From: Anaeramoeba ignava BMAN
Lineage: Eukaryota > Protista > Anaeramoebae
Reading direction: 5' to 3'
Length of the DNA stretch: 64,000 bases
NCBI GenBank assembly: GCA_028826165.1
Contig: JAPDFW010000092.1
Span: 310,001 to 374,000, forward strand
In this document: positions 52,701 through 64,000 of the stretch, piece after piece
Layout: each line of letters opens with the position of its first letter
Position numbering within the stretch: the stretch's first letter is position 1
Program-made: the position numbers and the translations under genes
Notes under the pieces: model-generated
Database searches by the model: none
Seen by the model: the letters and a program-made list of their open reading frames with translations, nothing else
Told to the model about the DNA's origin: nothing

Positions 52701-53996
52701 GCGCCATCAACAAGAAAAATGGTTGTTGATTGGGATAAGGATTTGAATATTCCAGTCAATGCATTTAATTTGAAAACTTTTTCAAATCCTCAAGAAATTG
52801 AAAATTTAAAAACAATTTCAGACGAAAATGACAAAGAAAAACCCAAAAAAACTCATCATCCAAAAAAAGCAAGACATCGAAAAGATCGATTAAAATTCAC
52901 ACCAAATCCCTCTTTTAATAAACATCAAGAAAATGATAATGATAATATAGAAGATGATATTCCTGATCTCTTCAATCCAAATTTCAATTTAATAAAATCA
53001 TCAAGAAATAAATCATTGAAATGGAATTTTGCAAATAAAAAAAATGCACTGAAAAAGCAAAATATCAAAACACATTCAAAACCAGCTTTAATTACTCGAT
53101 ATCATGGCTCTATGTCTTTTAAAGGTAATTATTTATAAAATTAAATATAAAATTATTTATAAAATTATTTATAAAATTATTTATAAAATTATTTATAAAA
53201 TTAATTATAAAATTAAATATAAAATTATTTATAAAATTATTTATAAAATTAATTATAAAATTATTTATAAAATTATTTATAAAATTAATTATAAAATTAA
53301 TTATAAAATTATTTTATAAAAATTATTTTATAAAATTATTTTATTAAATTATTTATAAAATTAAATATAAAATTATTTATAAAATTATTTATAAAATTAT
53401 TTATAAAATTATTAAATTATTTATAAAATTATTTATAAAATTATTTATAAAATTATTTATAAAATTATTTATAAAATTAAATATTAAATTATTTATTAAA
53501 TTATTTATAAAATTATTTATAAAATTATTTTTTATTTATTTATTAAATTATTTATAAAATTATTTATAAAATTATTTATAAAATTATTTATAAAATTATT
53601 TATAAAATTTATATATTTATATATTTAGCTGTTGGAGGAATGGTTTATAATCCAATTTTATTGAGATGGGAAAATACAACTCAAGTTCCTGAAGAAAAAG
53701 TTGATTGGGGAGATTCTTCTGATCATGAAATTCAAAATGATGATGATGATAAAAATTTAGATTTGAGTTCTTATCCAGAATTATTTTTATCTGAATCTCA
53801 AAAGAAAAAATTATTTCATTATCCAAAAGAACATAAATCAAAATTATCTGGTTGGTTTGGAAAAAATTCTTTAAGTGATTCTTATTTGAAAAATAATGAG
53901 ATTAAAAAATTGTCAATATTATATATTATCGAATTCTCTCGAAAATTTTTAGCTAAACCAAATGAAGTTTCTTCTTTAAATTTTTCTAAAAAATGA
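49715..53996 (+). CDS. Disordered repeat protein (1039 aa) with ~19 LxKWKE motifs and a C-terminal Byr4/Bfa1-like motif
   Basis: Exons 49715-50024, 50596-50742, 50830-53124 and 53629-53996 are in frame (3120 nt). C-terminal VGGMVYNPILLRWE plus acidic DDDDWG/DWD motifs. Confidence 0.65.
50025..50595. repeat. Intronic (ATTTTA/ATTTCA)n microsatellite
   Basis: Hexamer repeat filling intron 1. Confidence 0.9.
50885..52060. repeat. Coding minisatellite of KMNTISLDKWKE(E/D)N units
   Basis: 13 near-exact copies of AAAATGAATACAATATCTTTAGATAAATGGAAAGAAG with alternating spacers. Confidence 0.9.
53125..53628. repeat. Intronic 12-mer (ATAAAATTATTT)n microsatellite
   Basis: A/T-only tandem repeat between the GT donor and AG acceptor. 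Confidence 0.9.
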
Positions 53997-54286
53997 TTCA
54001 AAAACGATTCCAAAAAAAAAAATCATATTTGGGTTTTTTTTTTTAATGAATTGTTTTGTTGATCTTTTTTTTTTAGATTGAAAATGAGGAAAATTTTTTT
54101 TTCCAATTTTTCAATAAATTGATTTTTTTTTTCTTTGAAGAATTTCAAAATAAAAATTAAAATCAAAATTAAAATCAAAATTAAAATCAAAATTAAAATC
54201 AAAAATTAAAATCAAAATGAAAATCAAAATTAAAATTTAAATTAAAATCAAAAATTAAAATTAAAATCAAAATGAAAATCAATTTT

Positions 54287-56103
54287 TTAAATCAATTTTA
54301 AATTTAAATTTCGAATTCGATCTTTTTCAAGTTTTTCTTTAACATCATAAAGTACTTTTGCAACTTTAAAAGGATCATCTTCTTGAATTGCATGACCAGT
54401 ATGATAAGCAATTGATAATTGAAATTTTCCTTGCATATGAGCTATTGTCATTGGGCGATCCAAAAAATCAATATTTGAAAGAAATAAAACTTTAAAACAA
54501 CCTTGAATTGATAAAAATAATTCAGATAATCCTTCAAACCATCCATGCCAATATTTCTTTGTATGTATTAAATTTGTTCGCCATAAATATTTTGTTGTAT
54601 TGTTTTTACTTATTTTTACAAGTTGTGAAGGAACTGAAATTTTTGCTGATATTTCGCTTTTTGTTAAATGTGCTTGATATGCCCATTCAATTGCTTCGGA
54701 AATTGATGAAAAGCTATGTGGTCGATTTTTAATTACTCTTTCTAAATTTGGAAGTGATTCCATTGCTGTTCCTTCAACTGCATCAATTAATACAATACAT
54801 TCTAAAGCAGATTTATTGAAATGAAACTTTGTTTTTGGATCATTTAAAATATTATTATTTAAATCATTTGAATCATTTAAATTATTTAAATTATTTGGGA
54901 TATTTTGATTTAAATTATTTTGATTTAAATTATTTAAATTATTTGGAATATTATTATTTAAATTATTTTGATTTAAATTATTTTGATTTAAATTATTTGA
55001 AATATTATTATTTAGGATATTATTATTTAAATTATTTAAATTATTTAAATTATTTGGGATATTTTGATTTAAATTATTTGAAATATTATTATTTAAATTA
55101 TTTAAATTATTTTGATTTAAATTATTTGAAATATTTTGATTTAAATTATTTGGGATATTTTGATTTAAATTATTTGAAATATTATTATTTAAATTATTTA
55201 AATTATTTAAATTATTTAAAATATTTTTTGATTTAAATTATTTGAAATATTATTATTTAAATTATTTAAATTATTTTGATTTAAATTATTTAAATTATTT
55301 TGATTTAAATTATTTAAATTATTTTGATTTAAATTATTTAAATTATTTGAAATATTTTGATTTAAATTATTTAAATTATTTTTATTTAAATTATTTAAAT
55401 TATTTGGATTTAAATTATTTAAATTATTTTGATTTAAATTATTTAAATTATTTTGATTTAAATTATTTAAATTATTTAAATTATTTTTATTTGAATTATT
55501 TAAATTATTTGGATCATTTGAAATATTATTATTTAAACTATTTAAATTATTTTGATTTGGAATATTTTGATTTATATTATTTGAATCATTTTGATTTGGA
55601 ATATTTTCTGAATTAAATTCTTGAATTTTTTTTGCAACACGAGCAACTAAACTTCCACCCAAACTATGACCAATCAAGAACAAACGAGAAGAATCAGAAT
55701 CCAATAAATGCAAACGATGAATCAAGAAAAGAATATCAATAGTAAGAGTATTAACATCAAGAATTCTATCATTTTTGGAAACAAAAGGAAAAGTAGAACC
55801 ATGACCTCGAAGATCAAAAGCAATTAGTCTTAATTTTGATGTCTTTTTTAGATTTAAAACTACTTCACTCCATGTTAATGATGTATATCCTGCTCCGTGA
55901 ATAAATAAAAATGTTGTTTCATATTCTTTTAATTCTCCACTATAATATACTCGAAATTCTAATCCAATTTCTTCAATTTTTATATCTTCATATTTATCCC
56001 AAAAATTCTTCCATTTTAAAATTGTTTTTTTCTGTTGATTATTTTTCTTTGTTATTTTTCTTGGTTTTTTAAACTTGTTTTTTGTTTCAATTTTATTTTC
56101 CAT
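54287..56103 (-). CDS. PPME1: Protein phosphatase methylesterase 1 with ~260-aa Asn/Leu insertion; one frameshift at ~55228
   Basis: HGAGYTSLTW, DLRGHG, nucleophile GHSLGG, LIDAVEGTAMESL, RPHSFSSISEAIEW, HMQGKFQL and GHAIQED. The 1817-nt span is in frame after removing 2 extra A's in an A-run. Confidence 0.88.
54835..55610. repeat. Low-complexity (NNL/NQ)n repeat inside PPME1
   Basis: AATAATTTA/AATCAA units. Confidence 0.85.
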
Positions 56104-56331
56104 TAAAATTTAAAAAATGAAAAATGAAAAATGAAAAATCAAATTTCAAAATCAATTTATTTCCTTTTTTGAAAAAAATCAAAAACAAACCAAACAATCA
56201 AAATTAAAATCAAAATTCAAATCAAAATCAAAATCAAAATCAAAATCAAAATTCAAATTAAATCCAAATCAAATCAATTCCAAAAAAATTTCTCTTTTTC
56301 ATTTTGATTTTTATTTGATTTATTTTCCTGT

Positions 56332-59300
56332 TTAAAGAATACTTTCTTCACCATTTGCAATTTTTTTTAAATGAGCTTCAGTTTTTGGACCAGTTCTATG
56401 AACAAGTTGAGATAATAAACCATTAGGATTTCTAAGTAAAAGAGAAGGTTTATCAAATTCCTTAATTTTTCCATTTTCCAAACACATAATTCTATCTGAA
56501 TCCATAATTGTATGTAAACGATGAGCAATTGTTAAAACTGTACAATCTTTAAATTGTTCTCTTATTGTTTTTTGAATTAATGAATCAGTTTCAGTATCAA
56601 TAGAAGATGTTGCTTCATCCAAAACAAGAATTTTTGGATGTTTTAATAAAGCTCTTGCTAAACAAATTAATTGTTTTTCTCCTGCTGAGAAATTATCTCC
56701 TCCTTCTGTTACTTTTGTTTCTAATTTTTGTTCTAAACCATCAATTTTTTCATATAAATGAACATGTTCCAAAATTTCCCAAATTTTTTCATCATTATAT
56801 TCACTACTTGGATCTAAATTCTCTCGAACTGTTCCTGTAAACATTACAACATCTTGTGGTATAATTGCAAGTTTATCTCGAAGATCTTTAAGTCCAATTT
56901 GGGAAATGTCGATTCCATCAATTTCAATTTTTCCTCGATAAATTTCAACAATTCTAAATAAAGAAAGCATTAAACTTGATTTTCCTATTTTTAGTTTTAA
57001 TTTTTAAATGAATTTTTATATTGATTTTGATTTTTATATTGATTTTAATTTTGATTTAAATTTTAATTTTGATTTTGATTTTTAATTTTGATATTGATTT
57101 AAATTTTGATTTTAATTTTGATTTTTAATTTTGATTTTAATTTTGATTTTGATTTTAATTTTGATTCTGATTTTGATTTTAAAATTTACCACTTCCAGTT
57201 CTTCCAACAATTCCAACTTTTTCTTGAGGTTGAATAGTTGCTGATACTTTTTTTAAAACTGATGGAAGTCCTTCTCTATATCTCATACAAATTTTATCAA
57301 ATTGAATTTTCCCTAAATTTGGCCAATTTTTTGGAGGTCTATGATGAGGAATAATTTCAGGTTTTTCTGATTCAACTGAAGAAAATTCAACACATCTTTC
57401 AACAGAATTCATATGTTGTTCAAGCATTGCGCCATATCTAACAATCCATGTTAATAAAATTGTAACTTGTAAACTGTATGTTAAAGCAAGAGCAGCAAAA
57501 GATGAATTCATGCTGTCTTTTTGCATTACAATAATAATAGAAATGAAAAGAACAACAATAGAAGAAATTGTTTCTACTCGAATTCCAAACCATCGATTAG
57601 CACCAAAATTACAGTAAATTGCATTTGTGCTTGCATCTACTCTTGTGTCATTGATTTCAATAAATTCCTTTTGTTTTTGGAAAGCTCGAATTGTTGACAA
57701 TCCTGTTAAAGTTTCTGAGAAGTTATTATAAACAGGTGATCTTGATATTGATTCCAATCTTTGGATTTCCCTTGATGTTGAGCGATAATACTGCATGAAT
57801 TTGTAATAAATGTATGAAATAACAACTAAAGGAATTAAGAAATAAGGAGCAACACTTGCAATCACAAGTAAAACGGCAAGTAAAGCAATTGATGTTGATA
57901 TAAAATTTTCAAAATCACCTCCAACAATAAGATCAATATCAAGCATATCTTTGGAAAATCTGTTCAAAATCCTCCCAATAGGTGTTGTGTCAAAAAATCT
58001 TGTTGGAGCTCTTGTTATTGAATAGAGTAAATCATGATGAAGTGTTCTGGAAGCTCGAATAGATGCAAATACCCAAACACCTGAGAAAACAAATGCAAAT
58101 AAAAACATCCCACAAGAAATTGCAACATAAATTCCAATATAAAATTTATCTTTTTTGTCGTGGAAAATTGTTCCATCAGTCCAAATTGCAAGCCAATAAT
58201 CTGCTGCAGCTCGTAATGATTCTCTGAAAATGGCTGAAATAATCACAATAAAAAGAAAACAACATCCTCCTGCTACTTTGATGTAACGTTTGTAATAAAA
58301 AGAAGCAACAGCTCCAAATTCTCGTTCTTCTTCTTTAACAAGTTCTGCTTTTTTGTTCTCATTTTTTTGCTTGGAAATTTCTTTTTCTGTGTTTTCATTT
58401 GGCGGCAATTCAATATCAGTTCCCACTTCAAAATTATCGCCAATATCTGATTCTGTTTCTGGTTGAAGATCAATCCATTTTATCTTTTCCTTTTCCTTTT
58501 CCTTTATCTTTATCTTTTTTTTTCTTCTTTGTTTTGTTTTCGTTTAAGTTTTGATTTTCATTGTTGAAATTTTCATCTAAAATATCATCATCTGATGTTT
58601 CTGATTCATCAACTCTTTTTTCTTGATCTCCTAATAAATTGGAGAAATCAACTCCTTTATGAATCAATTCCTCAAATGTCCCTTTTGCAAATACTTCTCC
58701 GTCTTTAATAACAACAATAAAATCTGAATGAGGAAGATATTGAAGTTGATGAGTAACAAGAATCCTAGTTTTGGCTTGAAGAACCTTTCCAAGAATAGCC
58801 TGATCAAAAATATGTCTTCCAACATGAGCATCAACAGCACTAAGTGGATCATCAAAAAGAAAAACATCTGCATTTGAATAAATTGCTCTTGCAAGAGATA
58901 TTCTTTGTTTTTGGCCTCCTGAAATATTTACTCCTTTTTCTCCAATTTCTGTTGAATCTCCTGCTGGCAAAACTGCAAGATCAGGAATAAGAGCACATGA
59001 TTCGATTACTTGATTGTATCTCTTTTTATCAAGAGCATGTCCAAACAAGATATTTTCTTTAACACTTCCATTTCGAATCCAGGCTTCTTGTGAGGCATAA
59101 GCTATTGAACCTTTGATAGTTGTTTTTCCTTGAAGTTGAACCATTTCTCCTAAAATTGCAGCTAGTAAAGAAGATTTACCAGAACCAACAGGACCAATAA
59201 TCATTGTTAATTTTCTTGGTTCAAAATCAAGAGAGATATTTTTGAGTAAAACTTGTTTTTGTGATTTTTGTTCTTCCAAAGGGATTTCTTTTTTAATATC

Positions 59301-61512
59301 AATTTCATTATTATTATTATTGTTGTGGTTATTATTAGTATCATAAGTAAAAGATCCATTTTGAATTGTGATTTGAACTTCATTCGAATTTTCATCAACT
59401 CTTTGTCTGTGAATTTCTACATTTTCTTCTGGAATTTCTGGAGATAAAAGAAATGTTTCAATTCTCTTCATTGATACCTTGAAATTTGCAAGCGCAACCA
59501 TTCCCCAAGGAAGAAAAAGAAGTTGAACTCTCATCAATTCAAAAAGAGCTATTGAAGTAAACACTTTTTCAGCTGTTAATTTGTTTCCTGTCGATCCATA
59601 AACAACAAAAGTAGCCAGAGCAGTTAGAAGAGGAAGGATTGTGAAAATAACCATTAAAAACATTCTAAGAATTAAGATACTTTTCAAAATTGAGATTTCT
59701 TTGTCTCGAAGATCAAGAATTTTTTTTTTGAAAATTTTTTCCCAAGCATAAAACTTGATTACTCTTATTCCTTGAAGCAATTCATTAATAATCTTGATTC
59801 TTGAATCTGATTGCATCATCAAAAGAATATTTTTCTTGGTGAATTTCTTAAAAATGACACCATTGATTGGAAAAGAAAGAACCAAAATTCCAAATCCAAC
59901 AAGAGAAGATGCTCCAAGTAAGTTGATTAATAAACCTAAGCACACAATAACTTGAACTGGGGCTGACCAAAGAAAATGGAACGCAAAAGTGATTTCTTGG
60001 ACTTTAGTGACATCTGATGACATTAAATTGACTATTTGACCTGTACTTGATAAATTTGATTTGATTTGTTCTTCGTTTTGTTTTTCTGCTAAAGCTTTTC
60101 TTTCTTTTTTGGTTAATTTCTTTTCTTTTTCTTTTTTCAATTCTTTTTCTTTTTCTTTCAATTCTTCTTCTTTTTCTTTTTTCAATTCTTCTTCTTTTTT
60201 TTCTAATTCTTGTTCTTCTTTTTTTTCTAATTCTTGTTCTTCTTTTTTTGGTTCTTGTTTCTTTTGTTGTTGATCTGATATTTTTCTGTTGATTAATAAA
60301 GATTTCCTGTAAATTAATGAAATTAATCCTGAACGCGCTCGAAATCCTACTTTTATAACTTGATCTAGAAATAAATTTTCAGAAAATGATCGAATTATTC
60401 CACTTAAAAAAAGGAAAATAACAAGTATAATTCCTGTTGATTGTGATGCTGATGAATCACTCATATACTTGATTAATTGTTGAAGAAGAATTGGATTTAA
60501 AATACTACAAACATCTCCAAAAAATTTTGGAACACCTCCTAATAAAAACGGTTTTTTGAATTGTTTTTTCAAAGAGTTTATCAATTTAGGTCTAAAAAAC
60601 AAAATTATGAAAAAATAGAGAAAACAATTTTTTAAATTTTAATTTTGATTTTGATTTTGATTTTGATTTTGATTTTGATTTTGATTTTAATTTTAATTTT
60701 AATTTTGATTTTAATTTTTAATTTTAATTTTGATTTTAATTTTGATTTTAATTTTGATTTTAATTTTAATTTTAATTTTAATTTTGATTTTAATTTTGAT
60801 TTTAATTTTGATTTTAATTTTAATTTTAATTTTGATTTAAATTTTAATTTTGATTTTGATTTTTTTGATTTTGATTTTGATTTTGATTTTGATTTTGATT
60901 TTAATTTTGATTTTAAATTTTGATTTTGATTTTAATTTTGATTTTGATTTTGATTTTGATTTTAATTTTAATTTTAATTTTAATTTTGATTTTGATTTTG
61001 ATTTTGATTTTAATTTTGATTTTAATTTTAATTTTAATTTTAAATTTTAATTTTAATTTTAATTTTAAATTTTAATTTTGATTTTGATTTTAATTTTACT
61101 TTTAATTTGAAATTTTAATTTTAATTTTAATTTTAAATTTTAATTTTAATTTTAATTTTAATATTAATTTTTGATTTTAATTTTAATTTTGATTTTAATT
61201 TAAATTTTAATTTTAAATTTTAAATTTTAATTTTACTTTTAATTTTAATTTTGATTTTAATTTTAAATTTTAATTTTGATTTAAATTTTAATTTTACTTT
61301 GTTTGTTTCTTTTCTTCATTCCAATTTGGTTCAAGTTCTCCTGTTATTTTTGAACAAAAATCTTGTGGTCTAAGTTCAAATAAATCATTTTGAATAAGTG
61401 GTCTTTTATATCCAGTTTTAGCAAGAGAACCAAACCAAGAAAATGTTAATCTTGAAAAGATATTTGCTTTAATTTCTTTATTAGGAATATAACTAATTTT
61501 TTCTTTTTTCAT
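56332..61512 (-). CDS. ABC transporter, ABCC/MRP subfamily (short form, no TMD0)
   Basis: Exons 61512-61298, 60591-57190 (1-nt shift at ~58478) and 56984-56332. ANIFSRLTFSW; NBD1 GPVGSGKSS, ISGGQKQRISLARA, FDDPLSAVD; FFDTTPIGRILNRFSKD; NBD2 GRTGSGKSS, FSAGEKQL, LDEATS. Confidence 0.93.
60592..61297. repeat. Intronic (TTTTGA/TTTTAA)n microsatellite
   Basis: Hexamer repeat filling ABCC intron 1. Confidence 0.9.
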
Positions 61513-61651
61513 TTCTTATTAAAAAAAAAGATCAAAAAATAATAAAATTGAATTTAAAAAAAAAAATTTTTTCTTTTTTATTTAAATTAAAAAAATAAAA
61601 ATAAAAAAGTGAAGAATGAAAAAAGAAATTTATGAAGAAAATTTTTAATTT

Positions 61652-61771
61652 CTTTTAAACTTGATTTTAAAAAAAAAAATTTTTAAATTCGTCATTAAAA
61701 AATAAATAAATTAGTAATTAATTAATAAATAGATCAACAAAAAAAAATAATTTAAAAATATTTGATCAAAT
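61652..61771 (-). promoter_or_regulatory. Putative promoter module shared with 7742-7870
   Basis: Exact 17-mer CTTTTAAACTTGATTTT (61652-61668), CGTCATT (61690) and GATCAACA(n)TAATTTAAAAA..GATCAAAT (61732). Confidence 0.4.
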
Positions 61772-61914
61772 AACTAATAAAGCAAAAAAAAAAAATTATG
61801 AAATGAGTAATTAATGAGTATTTATTTAATTAGTAAATGTCTTTCTTTTTCTTTTTAATTTTAAAATTTTTTAAAATTAAAATTCTTTCAAATTGATTAT
61901 TAAATTATTATTTA

Positions 61915-62880
61915 AATAATCAAATAATCAAATCTCTTTTTAAGTTGATTAAAAATTGCTTATTTTAAATCTATTTTTGATTTAAAATTGATTTAAAGAA
62001 TTATTTTGAAATTTTTCTATTTAATTTTGATTATTAAAAATTTATTATCAAAAATAATAAATTATTTATTTTTTTTTTATTTAAATAAAAATAAAAATAA
62101 AAATGAAGAATCCAAATAATCAAAATCTCTTTTTTAAGTTGATTAAAAATTGTCATTATTTTAAATCCATTTTTAATTTAAAAAAAATTGAATTAAAGAA
62201 TTATTTTGAAATTTTTCTATTTAAATTGTAAATTATTCAAATTTATTTTTATTAAAATTTTTATTAAAATTATATTTAAAAATATGTTTAAAAATCTTTT
62301 AAATAATCAAATCTCTTTTTTTTAAGTTGATTAAAAATTGCTTATTTTAAATCTATTTTTGATTTAAAATTAATTTAAAGAATTATTTTGAAATTTTTCT
62401 ATTTAAATTGGATTATTTAAATTTATTATTTAATTATTATTTAAATATATTTAAAAATATGTTTAAATAATCCAAATAATCAAATCTCTTTTTTTTAAGT
62501 TGATTAAAAATTGCTTATTTTAAATCTATTTTTGATTTAAAATTGATTTAAGGAATTATTTTGAAATTTTTCTATTTAAATTGGATTATTTAAATTTATT
62601 ATTTATTTATTATTTGAATATATTTAAAAATATGTTTAAATAATTGGAAATAATCAAATCTCTTTTTTTTAAGTTGATTAAAAATTGCTTATTTTAAATC
62701 CATTTTTGATTTAAAATTAATTTAAGGAATTATTTTGAAATTTTTCTATTTAAATTGGATTATTATATTTATTATTAAATTATTATTTAAATCTATTTAA
62801 AAATATGTTTAAATAATCCAAATAATCAAATCTCTTTTTTTTAAGTTGATTAAAAATTGCTTATTTTAAATCTATTTTAA
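61915..62880. repeat. Minisatellite, ~172-190-bp unit, about 5.5 copies
   Basis: AAATAATCAAATCTCTTTTTTAAGTTGATTAAAAATTGCTTATTTTAAATC recurs at ~61921, 62113, 62301, 62473, 62648 and 62820. Confidence 0.9.
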
Positions 62881-63009
62881 ATTAAATATTAAATGTGTTT
62901 TTTATTTATTATTTTAAAGAAATTAATTTGATTAAAAGTAAATTAAAATTGAATTAAATTTTGAAAAAAAATTAAAAAAAAGTTTGATTTTCTTATTATT
63001 AATTAATTT

Positions 63010-64000
63010 TTAAATGAAATAAGATTCAAGTTCATCAACAACCCATTTATCATAAGAACCAGCTAAATAACTTTTAGCTTCATTTGATCTCTTAGTAATT
63101 CCATTAGGTAGATTATAACTATAACCAAAATTTGACCAACCTGTTTTTAAATCAGAATTTGAATAAAAATCACCATCACCAAACCATGGACCATAACTTA
63201 AATCAGAATAAATTGCATAACCATCATGTTTATATGTAAACTTTGCAGGTATTCTATCTCCTTTATCATTTCTTAATGAAAAAATAAATGCACTTGAATC
63301 ATTAATGTATCCTGTATTTCCATTAAATCCAACTTGAGTAAAACCTCCAAAAATAAAATTATCATTTGTTTTGATAATAACTAATGTTTTTCCTTTATTA
63401 TCAACTGCTTTATGCCAATTTTGACAATTAAATCCATCTCTTTTTGCTGAAAATCCTTTTTTCATTTTAGAAAAAAAATCATTATCATTTATCCATTCTT
63501 GTAATTTCTTAACATATTCAATATCTTTAATAATTTCTGAATCTGAAAAAATCTTTTGTAGTTCCATTTCTTGTTTCATTTATCTGATCAAAAATAGGTT
63601 TCATTTTCTTTTCTTCATTCTCTTTTTCAATTTTTATTTTTATTTTCTTTTCTTCCATTTATTTTCATTTTCTTTATTTTTATCTTCAATTTCAATTTTC
63701 ATTTGTTGATTTTCCTTCTCTTTGTTTTCAATTTCTTTTTGATTCTCTTGAATAACTTTGTTTTGAATATCAACTAAAAAAGATTTGGAAAGAAAAATAT
63801 CAAATTGTTTTAATTTATCAAAATCTTGTTTTGAAATTGAATCTTTATCAAATAATGAAGAAAAAGAATGAAATAATCTTTTCTTTTCATTCATTTTGTG
63901 TTTTTCTTTCTTTCCTTTTAATCTTTCATTTCTTTTCTCAATCCAATTATTTAAAAATTGAAAAAAATCAAATTGAAAAATTTCTTTTTTTTCTTGTTTA
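63010..64000 (-). CDS. TLDc-domain protein (probably BTB/BACK-TLDc), 5' end outside window, frame breaks at ~63580-63640 and ~63960
   Basis: TLDc motifs GFSAKRDGF..WHKAVDNKGKTLVIIKT..FIFGGFT, AFIFSL, GPWFG and YLAGS..ELESY, with a coiled-coil ORF 63894-63640 upstream. Confidence 0.8.

Noticed and set aside
61915-62880. CRISPR-like array
   Set aside because: The segments between conserved cores are homologous to each other, the units are too long, there are no cas genes, and the context is eukaryotic.
5430-63960. Programmed ribosomal frameshifting or mass pseudogenisation (breaks at ~5430, 11012, 20548, 27395, 27750, 44240, 55228, 58478, 63600)
   Set aside because: The shifts go in both directions, lie in A-runs or microsatellites, lack a Euplotes-type AAA-stop signature, and affect otherwise conserved genes. 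Long-read indel error is the simpler explanation.

Overview
This is very AT-rich, gene-dense eukaryotic DNA: standard genetic code, GT-AG spliceosomal introns, and NQ/NE/NL low-complexity exon tracts. The style resembles an anaerobic amoeboid protist such as Anaeramoeba (inference from composition and gene families only). I reconstructed about 15 genes by hand: a bacterial-type beta-helix surface protein, two tandem 3-TM PH-like paralogues, an NT-C2/coiled-coil/Dilute protein, RMC1, YIPF6, a ~4000-aa BEACH/WD40 protein, two copies of a Crinkler/RHS-type NTPase + restriction-endonuclease-fold gene, HPS4, a Zn-finger/vWA protein, an E2F-like winged-helix protein, a Byr4/Bfa1-like repeat protein, PPME1, an ABCC transporter and a truncated TLDc protein. 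The main finding is at 31.3-40.4 kb. The NTPase-REase gene lies in an R-gene-R-gene-R array, where R is a copy of the last intron, last exon and 3'UTR of the neighbouring HPS4 gene. This looks like an insertion with a long target duplication, later amplified in tandem. Other highlights: paralogues that diverge almost only in their TM helices, a promoter module shared by two unrelated genes 54 kb apart (each followed by a long-period satellite), and introns filled with gene-specific microsatellites. Many 1-2 nt homopolymer frameshifts are probably long-read assembly errors. Most long ORFs in the supplied track over microsatellites are spurious. No tRNA, rRNA or CRISPR features were recognised.
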